The translations under genes and the position numbers were made by a program. Shown here piece after piece: positions 17,181 to 31,800 of a stretch of 64,000 bases of DNA (its first letter is position 1; each line of letters starts with the position of its first letter). This stretch comes from the human T2T-CHM13v2.0 reference genome, Homo sapiens, in NCBI RefSeq assembly GCF_009914755.1, contig NC_060929.1; one strand, written 5' to 3'. The notes under the pieces are model-generated. The model saw nothing but the letters and a program-made list of their open reading frames with translations, was not told where the DNA came from and did no database searches.

Positions 17181-17403
17181 AGGGGAGCAGAGTGAGGACC
17201 CCAAGTCCGGGGCACAGAGTGGAACCCCAAGTTCAGGGGAGAGGAGTGGGGGGCCCCAAGTCTAGGGGAGCGGAGTAAGGACCCCAAGTCCAGGGGAGCA
17301 GACTGGGAACTCCAAGTCAAAAGGAAGCAGAGTGGGGACCCCAAGTCAAAGGAGCAGAGTAAGGACCCCAAGTCCAGGGGAGAGGAGTGGGTGCCCCAAG
17401 TCC
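17181..17403. repeat. Degenerate ~28-bp minisatellite, 8 copies
   Basis: Consensus ~AGGGGAGCAGAGTGGGGACCCCAAGTCC; eight CCAAGT anchors counted. Confidence 0.9.
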
Positions 17404-17629
17404 AGGAGAGCAAGCATGCTTGGGGAGTCATTCTCAGAGCCCCAGACTTCCCTCCTCCCAGCACGTACAATTCTCCACTCCTTTCCCACCGCCTTAATCT
17501 AAATAAATCCAGCCCATCTTGGCCACATCCGCCAGCAACAGCTTCCCTCCCTCAGGGTCCTGAGGCTCCCACGACACAGGCAGGCCAGGGAGGGGGCCCT
17601 GCATTGCTGCGGGGGTTGATGGGGGGAGC

Positions 17630-17935
17630 CTGCACATGGTCAGCACATACACACAGCACAGATGCACAGATGCCTGCCTACGCACTTCCTCGCACACTCC
17701 TCTGAAACACATACGTATGCAAGAGGCCATGTGGGTGCCAAGCCCTCATGCAGGTACTAAACATGTACACACCCACACAAAACACATGTGCGCAGCTCCC
17801 ACTGTGCCCAGCACCCGTGGAGATGCACCCGTGTGCAACAGTTCACATGTGTATGCAGCACATACAACATGCACAGAACATGTGCACATAGAACCCCAAA
17901 TTCACCTGAACACACAGCCATATGCATGAACAGAC
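17630..17935. repeat. Degenerate (CA/TG)-rich low-complexity region
   Basis: Repeated gcacat, cacatgtg and tgcaca words. Confidence 0.6.
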
Positions 17936-19225
17936 AAGCCAGAAAGCCCGTGTTACTGCACCAGGAACCATTCTGAGCATTTGGCACGTATTGGCTCACT
18001 TGATTCTCCATCAACTCTATGAGGTAGATACAGTGATCATTTCCATTTTACAGTGGGGAAACTGAGGCAGAGAGCATTTAATAACTGGGCTAGGAACACA
18101 GAGCCAGAAGGGGTAGAGCAGAGATTAAAGTGAAGTGGTGTGACTCTGTGTTCTATGCCACCAGCTCCACCGCTTCTCTGACCAACGTGCATGTTTGGTT
18201 GGGTCTGGGGAGAAGGCAGTGGGGACTGAAAAAAACAGATGGATTTGAGAGTTACTTAGCTGAGAATCAACAGGACTGGGTGACTTAATATTGAGGGGCT
18301 GGAGAGGGAGGTATGCACCTCTGTATCTGGCTTGGAATACTGGGAGGCAGAAGTGTATGTGTGTGTGTGTGTACACGCGCACGTGCTGAGGGGACGATGC
18401 CATTTTCTGAGATGAGAATGAGGTCAAAGAGCAGGAGTGAGAGCTGCAACTGAGCAGGTTTAGGATAGGGAGGGTCTGTGGGCACTGAGGGGACAGTGGG
18501 ATGTTCAGTCTGGAGGCCAGGAACAGGCCGGGTAGAAACAGCAGTGAGATGAGAGAGAGAGGGCCATGCTGCAGGGAGAGGGGGGTGCTGGGGGCAGGCA
18601 GTCTCAGGCCTGGGATGCTCTGAATAAACCAAATGCCTGAGGGAGGAGGAGGCCTGGCCATGGGGTTATGGGGTCAGAGTCTTGGAATGTCAGCACGCCA
18701 GAGCCCTCAGGGATCATCTATCTGATCTAACTGCCTTCCTGTGCTCCATTGTGCTCGTGGGGAAACTGAGGCTTAGGGAAGGAAAGCAAGAGGGCCCATT
18801 GTTTTGGCCTAGACAAGATGGGCTCGGGTGATCGGTGGGGCTGAAGCTCACCTGGCTGCGCAGCTCCCCGCCTCCAGCCCCTGCTAAGATGTGAGGCTGG
18901 TGGCTCAAGGCCCCAGGCTTCAGGCTATAGCTGCCCCTGCCCTCTCCACAGCACACCTCTGTCCTGCCACACATTGACCTTTGTTTCAAAGTCACATTCT
19001 CTGCACGAGCCCAGCCAGGCAGGGATTGGCGACTGAGACTCAGAGGAGGTAATTTGCTAAGTTGTTGGGAGAAGTGAGCCACAGACTCCAGTCTCCTGAC
19101 CCAGTCCAGTCTTCTGTTCTCCGTACCGGGGCACTTTACAGGCCTGGGACAGACTTTGGAGGGGGGTTGGGGTGGGAAGTAAGAAGACCTGGCTCTAGTC
19201 CCGGCTGTGACACCCACTTATAGGA

Positions 19226-19903
19226 TAGTGGTCCCCCCTATCTGCAGGGAATACATTCCAAGGCCCCAGTAGATGCCTGAAACTTTGGATAAAACCAAAC
19301 CCCATACATACTATGTTCTTTTCCCTGCAAATACATACCTATTATAAAGTTTTATTTATAAATAAGGCACAGTAAGAGATGAACAACAATAATAATAAAA
19401 TAGAACAATGATAAAAATATACTGTAATAAAAGTCATGTGACTGTGTTCTCTCTCTTAAAATATCTTACTGTATCGTTCACTCTTCTTGTGAAGACGTGG
19501 AATGACACGGTGCCTACGTGATAAGAGGAAGTGAGGTGATGGCGTAAGAATTGTGAAGTAGCGTTAGGCTACTACTGACCTCCAGACATTATCAGAAGGA
19601 TCAGGTCATCTGCTCCAAGTGATCCTGGACCACCGAGCCATGATGGTGTTGATGGCTGGATGTCAGTAGTGGACTTTGTTGATGACTAACAGGTGGGTAG
19701 CGTATATGGACAAAGGGATGATTCACTCCTGGGCGGGACAGACAGGACAGTGCAAGATTTCATCACACTACTCAGAACAGCACAAAATTTAAAGCTTGTA
19801 AGTTGTTTATTTCTGGAATTTTCCATTTAATGTTTTTGGACCACAGTTGATCTGGGGTAACTGAAACTTCAGAAAGTGAAACTGCAGCTAAGGGTGACTA
19901 CTG
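19226..19903 (-). mobile_element. MER44/Tigger7-type TcMar DNA transposon relic
   Basis: Degenerate TIRs (tagtggtccccccta ... taagggtgactactg followed by TA); internal gtttatttctggaattttccatttaat matches my recollection of MER44. Confidence 0.8.
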
Positions 19904-21566
19904 TACAGTCCTGACCCTCTCTGAGCCTCAGTTTCCTTATCTGTGCAAAAGGGTGGGCAAGAGTGTCTTGGGAGCACTTTCAGGGCTGACATGCTGTGGC
20001 CCTCAGGGCTCCACTCTGGGAAGGCAGCTGTGCTGAGCTGGAATGCTGGGCTCGGGGTGGGGGTGCTGGGGAGGGACCCATGTCATGACTCAGCTCAGAG
20101 AAGGCTGCCAGTTCCAGGCCTGGGAGTCTGTGGGGGCAAGAGGCATCTGGAGCCAGGGATGAAGTCCTCCCGCCAGCAGCTAAAGAGTAGGAAAGGGATA
20201 GCAGCACAGCCTGGGCCTGGCGGCAAGTCTGGTCCATGTGGCTGTCCCCAAGCAGGCTGAGATGTGGGTGTGATTGGGTCATGTGATCAGGGAGCCCCAT
20301 CCTGGGAGCCAGAGAAGAGAGCAGGATCGGAGGGTGAGGAGACAGTTACAGGTGGAGGGGAGAAACTGGGGAAGTGGCCGAGGCTCCCACCCGCCCCCTT
20401 CAATCCTATGCTCGCTCCACTTCCAGTTGTTGGAGAAGGCTCAGTGCTCCACCCCTGCACCACGAACCTCCCCACCAGCCTCGGGATCACTCTAAGGGCT
20501 ACAGAAAGAGAGCAGCCCGGCGCAGCCCACTCGGTGTTGGAGCCATTCTCTGTGCCACGCTGCTTCTAGGCCCGGGGTCCTCTTTATGTTTCTCCAGGTA
20601 CCTACAAAGTCCCCTGAACAAAGCAGCAGAAATCGACTAAGATGGGGCCTGGCGTGTGCTCCCGCTGCTCTGGAAGTCCAAACTGGATGGAAGAATAGCG
20701 CTGGTTCCCTGGAAGGCTGCTAAGCCCCCTGCACCCCCTCCTCCAGCACAGGCTCGGCTGCCTCTGGCTATCCCACCGCCAATCTCCTCACCTCCAATCT
20801 GTCCCCTCCACCTGTTCTCACACCCCAGCCAGAGGGACCTTTCTGAAATACCTATGTGACCTCTCCGGCCCTCCTCTGCTCTCCATCCCCCTCAGGCAAA
20901 GGCTGGCTTCTCTGCCCAGCCTTTCAGAATCTTCCGGCCCGGCCCTGACAGCTCCCTCACAACTGAGGGAGGAAGGCGGCTGCCCCTCCAGCTCCCCAGG
21001 GCCCAAGCCAGGCCCTCACACTCGTCACTCACTGCATGCTCCTCTCCCCATGAGGCCTCCCCAGGGAACACAATGGAAAGAAATGACCTATTTTCTGGAA
21101 GTCCAAAATAAGATGAAACATCTGTCTGGAATGGGGCCAGGCTGATAAAGAACGGGCTGATCTCCCCAGCCCGAGCCCCGCTCTCCTGCAGCAAACACCC
21201 CCTCACCCGTCAGAGTGCCTGTGCTTGGGGGTGGGGGCAGCGATGCGGCTGGCTACTTGGAACAGTGCGTGGGAAAGCGCTCAGTGTGTGCCTCACGGCT
21301 GCTGGGGGCCCAAGGGAGGGGGCCTGGGTCCCCAGGAAGGCTGGGAAGCAGCCTGAGAAGGAGGTCAGTGAGGGAGGGAGGCCTGCTGCACACCCCTGCC
21401 CACCGGCTGCAGAGCAAGCACTTCCTGCCTCCTGCGGTGCCTTGAGGGTTACCCCCAGGGCCCTGTGGATTCCTGGCCCTGAGTCCCCCCACCCACCCCG
21501 GCCCCATCTGGGCCTCCAACAGCCTTAAAAATAACAATAATAATAATAGCTACCTCTGATTTAGTA

Positions 21567-22036
21567 CAGTTGACCCTTGAACTACACAGGTTTGAACTGT
21601 GCAGGTCCACTAACACGTGAATGTTCCACACATGTGAAACATCCACCTCCTTCCCACCCTTCCACTCCTCCACCTCTTCCGCCTCTGCCACCCCTGAAAG
21701 CAAGGCCAACCCTTCCTCTTCCTCCTCCTTCCCAGTCTACTTAACGTGCAGACAAGGGTGAAGACTTTTTCAGTGATCTACTTCCACTTAATATAAACTG
21801 AATGTATTTTCTCTTCCTTGTGATTTTCTTTCATCTAGCTTACTTTATTGTAAGAACATAGTATATAATATACATAACAGACAAAATATGTGTTAATTGA
21901 CTTTACATTATCAGTAAGGCCCACAGTAGGCTGGCTATTAGCAGTTAAGTTTTTGGGGAGTCAAAAGCTATACATGAATTTTCAACTTTGCAGTTGGTGG
22001 CTGTCCCCAGCCCCCTCATTGTTCAAGGGTCTGCTG
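21567..22036 (+). mobile_element. Tigger2/MER28-type TcMar DNA transposon relic
   Basis: TA|CAGTTGACCCTTGAAC ... GTTCAAGGGTCTGCTG|TA: terminal inverted repeats with TA target duplication. Confidence 0.85.
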
Positions 22037-22344
22037 TACTTATCACCCACTATCTATGCTAAGCTCCTTATATGAATGATCTCACCAAGTCCTCAGAACA
22101 ATCCCATGACATCAGTACTGCTTCCTCATTTTACAGATGTGGAAACTGAGGCACAGACTGTTTACATTGTTTGCCCAAAAGCTTGCCAGTGGTGTCTCCA
22201 GTGTTTAATACTGGGCAGACAGGCTCCAGAGCACACAGCCCAATGCCCATGAGACAGCCCCTCTGTGGCAGGAGGCAAAGATAAGGAGCCCCGCAAAAAG
22301 GACAGCCCAGTACCTGGCACAGAACAAGCTCAAATAAAAAAAAA

Positions 22345-22503
22345 TAAAAGTTAATTAGCCAGGCGTGGTGGAGGGAGCCTGTAATCCCAGCTTCTCGGGA
22401 GGCTGAGTCAGGAGAATTGCTTGAACCCGAGATCGCGCCACTGCACTCCAGCCTGGGCAACAAGAGTGAAACTCCGTCTCAAAAAAATAAATTAAAAAAT
22501 AAA
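22345..22503 (+). mobile_element. 5'-truncated Alu (right arm)
   Basis: aattagccaggcgtggtgg...ctgcactccagcctgggcaacaagagtgaaactccgtctcaaaa. Confidence 0.9.
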
Positions 22504-23149
22504 GTCGTCAGCCTTATCTTTTCGCCTTCTTTGTCCCAACTTCTCCTTTCACTCTTTCACGCTGTCTTTTGAGCTGGGTAAAGCTGAAGCTGACAGTTTG
22601 AGTGGGAAACAGTCACTCCATTTTTCACAGAGCCCTACAGTCTTAGTACATTCCCTCTATTCACATCTCCCCCACCTTCTCTGCAATTGCACACCTCCCA
22701 TGACAGGGCTCTCACCACCTCACCTGTGGCCCATTTCATTCTTAGCCAGCTTAGAATCTTCAGAGGGCAGACTATTGAGAATTGTTAATTACACTGAGTA
22801 CAGTTTATCTCACTGTATTCTCTGCTTATTGGTCTTGCTTCTATCCACCAACCACCCTCTCCCCAAATACAGGACATCTTTCTAGTTATTGTTCTGATCC
22901 CCCCCAATCTGGAAACAAACAAAAGTCCCTACTAATTTAGAGCCAGGCACTCTGCTAAATGAGATGATCTGGAGATTTTGTTTCATCCTCACGACCACCC
23001 TGTGAGGGGGGTACACTCATTATTCCCATTTTACAGAGGAGAATGATGAGTCTCAGAGACTTTTGGTAACTTTCCCAAGGTCACACAATAAGTAAGATGC
23101 AAAGGAACGGGAATGCAAACTCAGGCCGGCCTGACTCCAAAGCCTATAT

Positions 23150-23322
23150 TCTTTCTTTTTTTTAGAGACAGGGTCTCGCTCTGTTGCCCACGCTGGAGTA
23201 CAGTGGTGTGGTGGCATGATCATAGCTCACAGCTCACTATAGCCTCAAACTCCTGGGCTCAAGTGATCCTCCCGCCTCAGCCTCCTGAGTAGCTGGGACT
23301 ACAGGTGCGCATCACCACAACT
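23150..23322 (-). mobile_element. Old Alu monomer (AluJ arm or FRAM-like)
   Basis: ttttagagacagggtctcgctctgttgccc...cctgggctcaagtgatcctcccgcctcagcctcctgagtagctgggactacagg. Confidence 0.85.
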
Positions 23323-25893
23323 GCCAAAACCTGAATTCTTGCCCGTCATGCCAGACTGTCTGTCTCCTGACCAGAAACAGTTCTGTCCATCTGTCCACAG
23401 AGAAACGTTCTCCCTCTAATGGCGTCCATACGGAATCCAGGATCTCAGGGATGAGAAGATCCTCAGGGATCTGGGTCCCGCCTCTGCTCTGACTGAGGGG
23501 CAGTGTATGCGGGAGGCCTGCCCCGGGTCACCAATAATTTTAAAGTCGAGCTAGGGATAGAACCCAGGACTAGGGATAGAACTCCACAATTTCGCTGCAG
23601 AGGCTGAGGGTGAGCACACAAGGCTGAGGAGAGAGTTTTTGCTTAGGAAAGCCAGGGTCTGGCAGGGGCAGTGCTCCTGCGGGATACAGCATCCAGGCAA
23701 TCAGCCCAGGTGTGTGGCCGGCTCTGCCACAGGCCTGCTGTGCACAGGGTCCAGGCCTGCCCCTGTGGGGGCCCCAGCACCCCCTTCCACTGTTTGCAGA
23801 GGGCCAGGGCCTCTGTAGCTGCAGAGTTCCAGGCCTCCACCATCCTGCTGCTGCCCTCCCCATCCCCACCCCCCAGAGCCTCATCTCCGGCCGGTGCCAT
23901 GGCAACAGGGAGTGCCAGGCCCTTGGCAGCCAAAGGAGCCCCTGAGAGGGGTCCCAGGCTGAGACTGAGGAGGGGGGTGCGGCAGGCGCAGACAAGCAAA
24001 CCTTCTGTTCCCCGGGCTGCTGCCAGCCCGGAGCAGCCATGGGCTGGGGTGGGGGCCGCAAATAGAATGGGTTCTCAGAGCCAAGTGGGCAGGGGACAGG
24101 CAGGCCTTGGGCCATTCACACTGACCCACCAGCACACAGCCTTCCCCCACAGGCCCAGGGCCTGCAAATAGGGGAGGGGTAGCTAGCTAATGAGTAAACC
24201 CTTCACTTATCAGTGCCAATTACCAAACATTGAGATTCCCCTCAGAGCCCTCCTGGGCGGCAGAGCAGGAGGGCAGAGAACCCCCATGTTTCACTGACCC
24301 TCTCACTGTCTCAGCATCTGTCCTCCCACCCCTGTCTTCGGTCATTCACTTAACCACCCCTCTGTGCCTCAGTTTTCTCATCTGTAGATTGGGGCTCATC
24401 ACTGGGTTGTCAGGGCTATTGAAGGAGTTAACACAAGCAAAATGCTTAGAATAGGGCCTGGCACACAGCCCTCTGCAAAGTTGGTGGCCACATTATTATT
24501 ATTCATTCACTCAAGGGAGAAGAAGTCACTCACTCACTCGGCCTTGCGCGCACAGCCAAGACTCCACGGGACTAGGCTTCTCAGCAAAGTGATGCATGTG
24601 ATAAATGAGACGGTGCAAGAAGGCCTCTCCCAAAAGACGCTCCTCAGGAAGAGGTAGCTGCTGATTATTGGTACAATCAGTAGCAACAGCCCTTTTCAGT
24701 GTCCTGAGGCTCAGTGAGGAGTGTCTCATCCTAGCACACTCGGCGATTCGGTGGCCAACCTAAGGCCAGACCCATCTAATCACCACTGTCTGTCAATTAC
24801 TTCTTTCCTGAACTTTTGTCTTAGTCCTTTAATATGACTTCCCACAAATCAGGATACCTACCTAACAACGATCTGGACTCTCTTCAACTTCCTAATATGG
24901 AATTAGGCCTACAGTAGGTGCTCAGTAAACGCTTACACGATATGAGAGATTAAATGGCTCTGTAGGGTCAGCTCTTCAGTCCTGGGCCCTCGGCTGCCTC
25001 CTAATAACACAGGATTCACTAGGCTAGGGAACTGGCATGGATAGGCAATGGTGACTCTTTCCTTCCAGGGAGGTGATGGAGATGAGCTGGTGAGGGCAGA
25101 ACAGACATATGGCACTCTGAAGCCAACAGGCTGCGCCTGATGCCATCCAGGGCAGGGATGGGAGCCCCGCCAGGCTGGGAGCAGTGGTTCCAGCTGGAAG
25201 CCACTTATTCCTGGGTCCAAGCCCCAGTTCTCTGAGTTTAACTTATCTGAGTCCCAATTTCCTGGGAAATGGCATGGGAGACCTCCTTTTCCATTTCTGG
25301 GAGGGCCAGAGATGATGACGCACAGCACTTGGCACATCATAGGTGCCCAGTAAATGGTGACTAACAACAGTATATGATTACTCCAGTGGGGAGAGCGGGT
25401 ATGGCTTCCTGAGGGAGGTGGCCTTGAGCTAGGCCTCCAGGGTTTCTTGAGTTTTTTGGCAGATGATGCCAGGGAAAGGTATGGCCAGGGCTCTGTGAGA
25501 GATGAAAGGCATCTGGGAGAAATGGCAGGGAGAGATCTGTTGGGCTAGAAACTGGGGCTCTTCAGCAAACAGGTAGGTGATGGCCTGGGAAGGAGGCAGC
25601 AGGAGGCCAGGGAAGGAGGCAGGGAGACTTCAGGAAAGGTCTGCGGTGCTGTGTGAGGATTTTCTCTGGACCACCAACTTTTCAAGGTGTTGATAGTGAT
25701 GGCGGGTAGTAGCTGCTGGCTTGGCAGGGCAATGCTGTAACTCCAGGCACTGTGGGGAGGGGGCCTCCATGCAGGAGGATGACACCAGCAGGCTGGCATT
25801 TAGTGGGAGGCTGTGGATTAGGATGGGGACAGTGGAGGCTGCAAGGCCAGTGTTGGGGATGAAGCCGTCCCAAACTCAGCCTGAACTCCCTGG

Positions 25894-26060
25894 CAGGACA
25901 AGCTACATAATTTGTGGGGCAAGCACAAAATGGAAATGCAGGGCTCTTTGTTAAAAATTATTAACAATTTCAAAATGATGACTGCAGAGCATTAAACCAA
26001 ACATAGGCCCTTCTAAGCATGGGGCCCTCAGGAGGATGAGTACTCATGAAGCCATCTCTG
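25894..26060 (-). mobile_element. MER45A-like hAT DNA transposon
   Basis: Reverse complement aligns by eye with the element at 41698-41875 (gctacataatttg...gcagagcattaaaccaa...catgaagcc). Confidence 0.75.
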
Positions 26061-26107
26061 TGCCCTGGACTAAAGGGGAGGCCATCTGTCTGTCTCCATC
26101 GATTTAT

Positions 26108-26146
26108 CCATCCATCCATCCATCCATCCACCCACCCACCAATCCA
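26108..26146. repeat. (CCAT/CCAC)n tetranucleotide repeat
   Basis: ccatccatccatccatccatccacccacccaccaatcca. Confidence 0.85.
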
Positions 26147-28179
26147 TTTATGCATCTCTACATGCATTTATTTATCTAGTGATTATTTCACTATCCATTC
26201 AGCAGATAGGCCCTGGGTTGGACACTGATAAGGACACAAATACAGGTGAGATGGGAGCCACCCACAGTCCACCAGGTCAAACCTGCACCTTTACCTTCAA
26301 TGCTCTGGGCCAGGAGGGGCCAGGGCTTCTGTGACATGTTTAGAAAGCTGAGCCCTACCCCTCTAAGGCTAACTGGAAACCCTGCCCCACCCTATAACCA
26401 CTGAGGCTCAGCCTCAGAAGTGAAGAAGCTGGTGGTGTCACTGCCCTTGGGTTTCCACTTCTCAGAAGGGAAGGTAACAGAGCAGCAGCAATGAGGATGT
26501 GGCAAAACAGTCACAAGAAGCATGGTAGGAACTCTCAGGGGCTAAGGGCAGAGCTGGATGGACCTCTGGGGGCCACTAAACTTCTCCCTTGGCTTCTCCC
26601 CACTTTATTATAAGAGGAAACTATGATTAGAATGAAGAAGTGGTATGGCCAAAAGCTCGGGGGTCCAGCAAACCACCCAGGAAGATTCCCATTTCTTGTT
26701 GGGACGGCTTTGCTCCTTTTCAGCCCATAGCCCAGACAGACCTGGAGGCTGAGCCCTGAACCACAGAGGTGGAGCTGGGTCTCTCCAGGCCTTCAGAGAG
26801 ATGGTAAAGACCCAGCACCTGTGGTGGAACAAAGGCGAGCCCAGGTCCCAGGCTCAGCGTCATCACCAATGATCTGTACGGACCTTAGGTGCAACCCTTC
26901 CCCTCTCTGGACCTTAGTTCCCATCCATACAATAAAGCAGTTGGATCAGGTGACCCCCAAAAGTCCTTTTCATCTCTGACATTCAGGAACTTTCAGACCC
27001 CCTGACCCTCCCAAGGGACAGCCCTCTCCATCACAGGGCGGAGAAGCTGGTACCTCTGGCAGATAAAAGGTTTCAGGCACCTGAGACATCAAATAGCCCT
27101 GATCTGAATTGAGGAGAGGAGGGGATTTTAATGCGGTTAAAGCAGTACACTTTGATTTTCAGCCTCCTGCACCAGGCTGGGGGTGGGCTACCCCAGGAAG
27201 CATCTGGTGGATGTAGGGGGCGGGGGCAGGGTGGGCTCTGGGGCTAAGGCTTGGAGGTTCAGGAAGACTTTATCCTGAGGATCTGGGCCTGAGGGCTCAG
27301 GAGGGATGTGAAGTGGGCTTCCACACTGGAAGCAACAAGCATGGGAATTTCACACCCACTCCCACCAGAGGTAGGTCCCTGTGTCCATTCCCCCCCTCAC
27401 CTCTGGATCCCATCACTCATCTGGGCCAAAGCCTTGCTTCCTCTTGAAATTAGAGCATATGAGGTTTGAAAACGCAGCACTGGAAGAGACCTAAAGGGTT
27501 ACAGCATCCACACACAGCCCCTAGTGGGCCTTCCTCCCCGACCCTCCCTGCTCAGTATCTCAGGAAAATGGGCATGTGGGAACTGTAGGAGCCCTCTGAG
27601 CTCCTCAAGAAACTGAGCACGTTAAGGGGCCACACTAATTGTCAGAAAGTTCCTCATTGTTATTGCAGGTTAAAGTTTTCCATTAGTGGTCATCGATCCT
27701 GACCTCTTTCTGTAATGTGTAGAAAAAGGGTAAGAAAAAAACCCTTTCATTGTGAAATTAAATATGCATGATCCCTGAGTACACAGCAAGGCTTGTGCAG
27801 CTGCCAATCTGGGCTGGCATGGCTTGGAATCCTGAAATTGTTTTAGGGCTGGAAGAAAGATTTACCATCATCTGGGTCAACCTCCTCGTTTGACTGATGG
27901 GAAAACTGAGGCCCCAGAAGGGAACGATCTGTGCACAGTCCCATAGGGTTCTAGGGTCTGATGACTACCTCTGGAATGCTGAGGGCCCCCACAGCTGAGG
28001 CACATTCTCAGGGTTTACACTGGATCCCCAGGGGCATCCCAGGCCCCATCCAGCCTCTCATCAAGGGGATCTGGAGTCAGAAACACCCAGGTGCAAATCC
28101 CAGCTCCGCCACTTCCGAGCTGTGGGACTTTAGGCAACTGACTCTGCGCACTTTCTCACCTGTAAAATGGGGAGAGTTT

Positions 28180-28809
<630 letters not shown>

Positions 28810-31800
28810 TCGATGGTTAAATTAATCCAGTAAATATTTACTAAGAATGTCCTGAATGCCCAGCATGTTCCAAGTGCTGAGGAATACAGCAGCAACTTTG
28901 AGGTAACAGATGTAAAGCACAATTGAAGTAGACACAGAAAGTGCTAAGAACGAGTTGGTTCCTGTTATATCATCATGCTCACACTGCTTCCCAGCTGAGG
29001 TGCTACAAGCCCTGACCCTGGGAAGGGGCCCAACACCCCTTCCCTTCCCTCCTAACGCTCTGGGTCAGAAGACAGGGGGCACCAAAAAGATTCCCATTCC
29101 AAGAACCCACTGCCCACTGGGTTCTGAATCAAATGCAAGAAATGGGTGGGCATTTCAGAAGACCTTTTCATCCCTTTCTCCCTTCCCACTGCATTCAGCA
29201 GCAGCCTGTTCTGAGCCAATGCCCAGAGCACCCTCCTTTAGCCTAGAAGGCAGCTGGTCTCAGAGTCAGACTGTGGCCTGTGCCTGGAGGATGGACACGG
29301 ATCTTTGGAACATACATGGTGTCCAGGTCCCTTCTGTGGGCAGAGCCTTTTGCAGGTTGCAGATTAATTTCACAGCCAAGTGTTCCAATGCAGGAGGCCA
29401 GGAGAGCAGTGGTTCTCTCAGCCAGTGGCCAGAGGTCCAGCTGTGAAGTGCAGGAACTGTGGTAAGCACCTTGCCAATGCTGTTGTCTCATGGAGCCCAC
29501 ACACGGTCCTGCTGCTCACAGAGAAGGAGATTGAGGCCCAGAGAGGCAAGGTGCTGCCCCGGGGTCACACAGTCAGCCAGAAACTGACTCGGGGTCAATG
29601 CATAGTCATCTGATGCCCAAGCCTGGTGCTGGTTACCCACAGCGCTCACTGCCTCCCAGCTGCGGAAGGAGCCCAGAGATGGGATGTGGGGGGTCTGAGG
29701 TTGGCCACACGGTGGATTTAAATCAAGCCAGGGCAAGCACTGGGTCTCCTGACTCTGGATCCACGGTGCTTTCCACTGCCTGCCCCACATGTGTGGGCAA
29801 TTATAAGTCCCAGCTCTTCTTCCCGCAGAGGAGGGGGGCTGCTGATAACTGCTGTCTGGGAGGAGGGTGCTGACCAGATGGTCTCTTTCCTCTCTCAAGA
29901 CCAAGCCAGGGCCCGGGCAGACCTTGGAGCAGTCAGACCTGAGGCTGCACTTTCTGCTGGGGAAGGTGCTGAAGCCAGGAGCAGGCTCTGCAGGAGGATG
30001 GAGATTCTTCCCTCTGACTGGGAGCTTCCCGGGGAGCACGAGGTAAGCCTTTAGAGTCAGGCAGACTTCAGCCTAAACACCACCTTAACTCACCGTATGG
30101 CCCTGGGAAAGTCACTTAGCCTCTCCAGATCTCAGCTTCCTCATCTACAAAAAGTAGGTAATAACACTGATTTCAAAAACTTGCCATGAGGACTCCAAGG
30201 TGTGTGAAGTACCAGGCTCTATGCCTGCATGAGGTAGGTGTTCAGGGACTGTATGTCCCTGAAGGCTGTGGATTCAGGGTCTCCTGCTTGGAGACAGGGG
30301 AGGACTGCATGACTTCAGAACTTGTCACTAGAGGCCTCTGTGCAATTGGGAGGTCACAGAGGGAAGCAGAGATACTCCTCCCTGCTTGCAATGGAGGAAT
30401 GCTGCCTGGAGTAGCCACACGATGTCCTGGAAGGGCACCTGTGAGAAGGCTGGAGGCCTGGGTTCTAGTCTCACACTTGGGAGCAGAAGGTCTTCAGTGA
30501 GCTCCTCCTCCCTTTCACCAGGACATTTTTTCAGCCGCACTGCCTATCCAGGGCTGGGCACTGGGGGAAGAGCACAGGATGGGGAAACCTTAAACCTTTC
30601 CCCAGCAGAAAGTGCGGCCTCAGTTCTGACTGCTGGGGCCTGAACAATCTCTGATGAACAAACAGAACATAAACAGATCACCAACAGGGGAGGGCCAAGT
30701 AACATGGCTTCAGCACAAAGTGCATGGCTAGCACTTGGAAGACAGGAAGAACCTAGGAAGGCTGCCTGGAAGAGGTGGTGTATGGAATATCCCTGAAAGA
30801 AAAGTGATGAGGAAGGGCATTCCAGAAAGGGGGAAGAGGGAGGGCAAATGCCCACAAGCAGGATGGTGCGCATTCCTTCTGGGAATTCTGGGATCTGACT
30901 GGCGGGAACAAAAGGCCCAAGTTTGGAGTAATGGGGCACGGGGAGATTCCAACCTCTCCAGGCTGTGCCACTTACTAGCTGTGTGGCTACAGTTATGTGG
31001 CTGCGTGAGCCTCAAGTTCCTCATGTATAAAACGGAGGTAAAAACAGTCACTGCCTCTGGGGTTGCTGGTGAGCATTACATGAGATCAGTCTCATAAAGC
31101 ACTCAGCACAGTTGCGGCGTGCAGTAAGTGTCAAGCAGTGGCAGCCTCTGTTAGGAGCTGGGACTTTCTCCAGGCACTGGGGAGCCATAGGCGGATCCTG
31201 GGCAGGGAGGTGGTGTGATTGGATTTATGCTTTAGAATGGCATGGAGAAGGGGTAGAGTCCAGAAGGAGGGAGACAACGAGGAGGCCTGAGCAGCTGCCT
31301 GGGACCAAAGGAAATGGCCCAGTGGCTGACCCCTTCTTCACAGAGGAGCCCCCAGATCTGACAGCCAGGTCCCAGCCCCCAGACCCAGCAGCATGACCGC
31401 TAGGGGGTTGCCATGGCCGCCCATCACCCTCGAACTTTCCTAGCCCTCAAACTTTTCTAGCTGCTGGGGGTTTAGAAGGATATCTTAAGAATCTAGAAAA
31501 TTTGCAAATCCATTTAAATCCCCAGAGGTTGCCTGGCGGCTGACTGGCCTAAAGCCAGACTGATTCTTAGAAACAAGGCTTGGGCCAAGGAACAGCGGCT
31601 ATGGTCCTGAGGTCCCCAGTCCCCTGCTTTCTGTGTACCCTGCCTACCTTCTCCCAATTCCCCTCTCCCGCTCTTCCCAGCTCTCCCCACTCCCCATTGA
31701 CTGTGCTGTGCTTTGGAGGCCCCCAGTCAGCACCCAGAAACCCCTGAGGATTGTTTGATGAAGGCAGGAGCAGCAGGGATGATGAGGTGGAGGCCACTCA

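Noticed and set aside
17181-17403. CRISPR-like array
   Set aside because: Units are contiguous degenerate copies without unique spacers, the context is eukaryotic, and there are no cas genes.
23570-24171. Overlapping 166-181 aa ORFs on both strands in PDGFRB intron 1 (similar case at 29488-30039)
   Set aside because: GC-rich, stop-poor DNA with no recognisable domain or exon structure.
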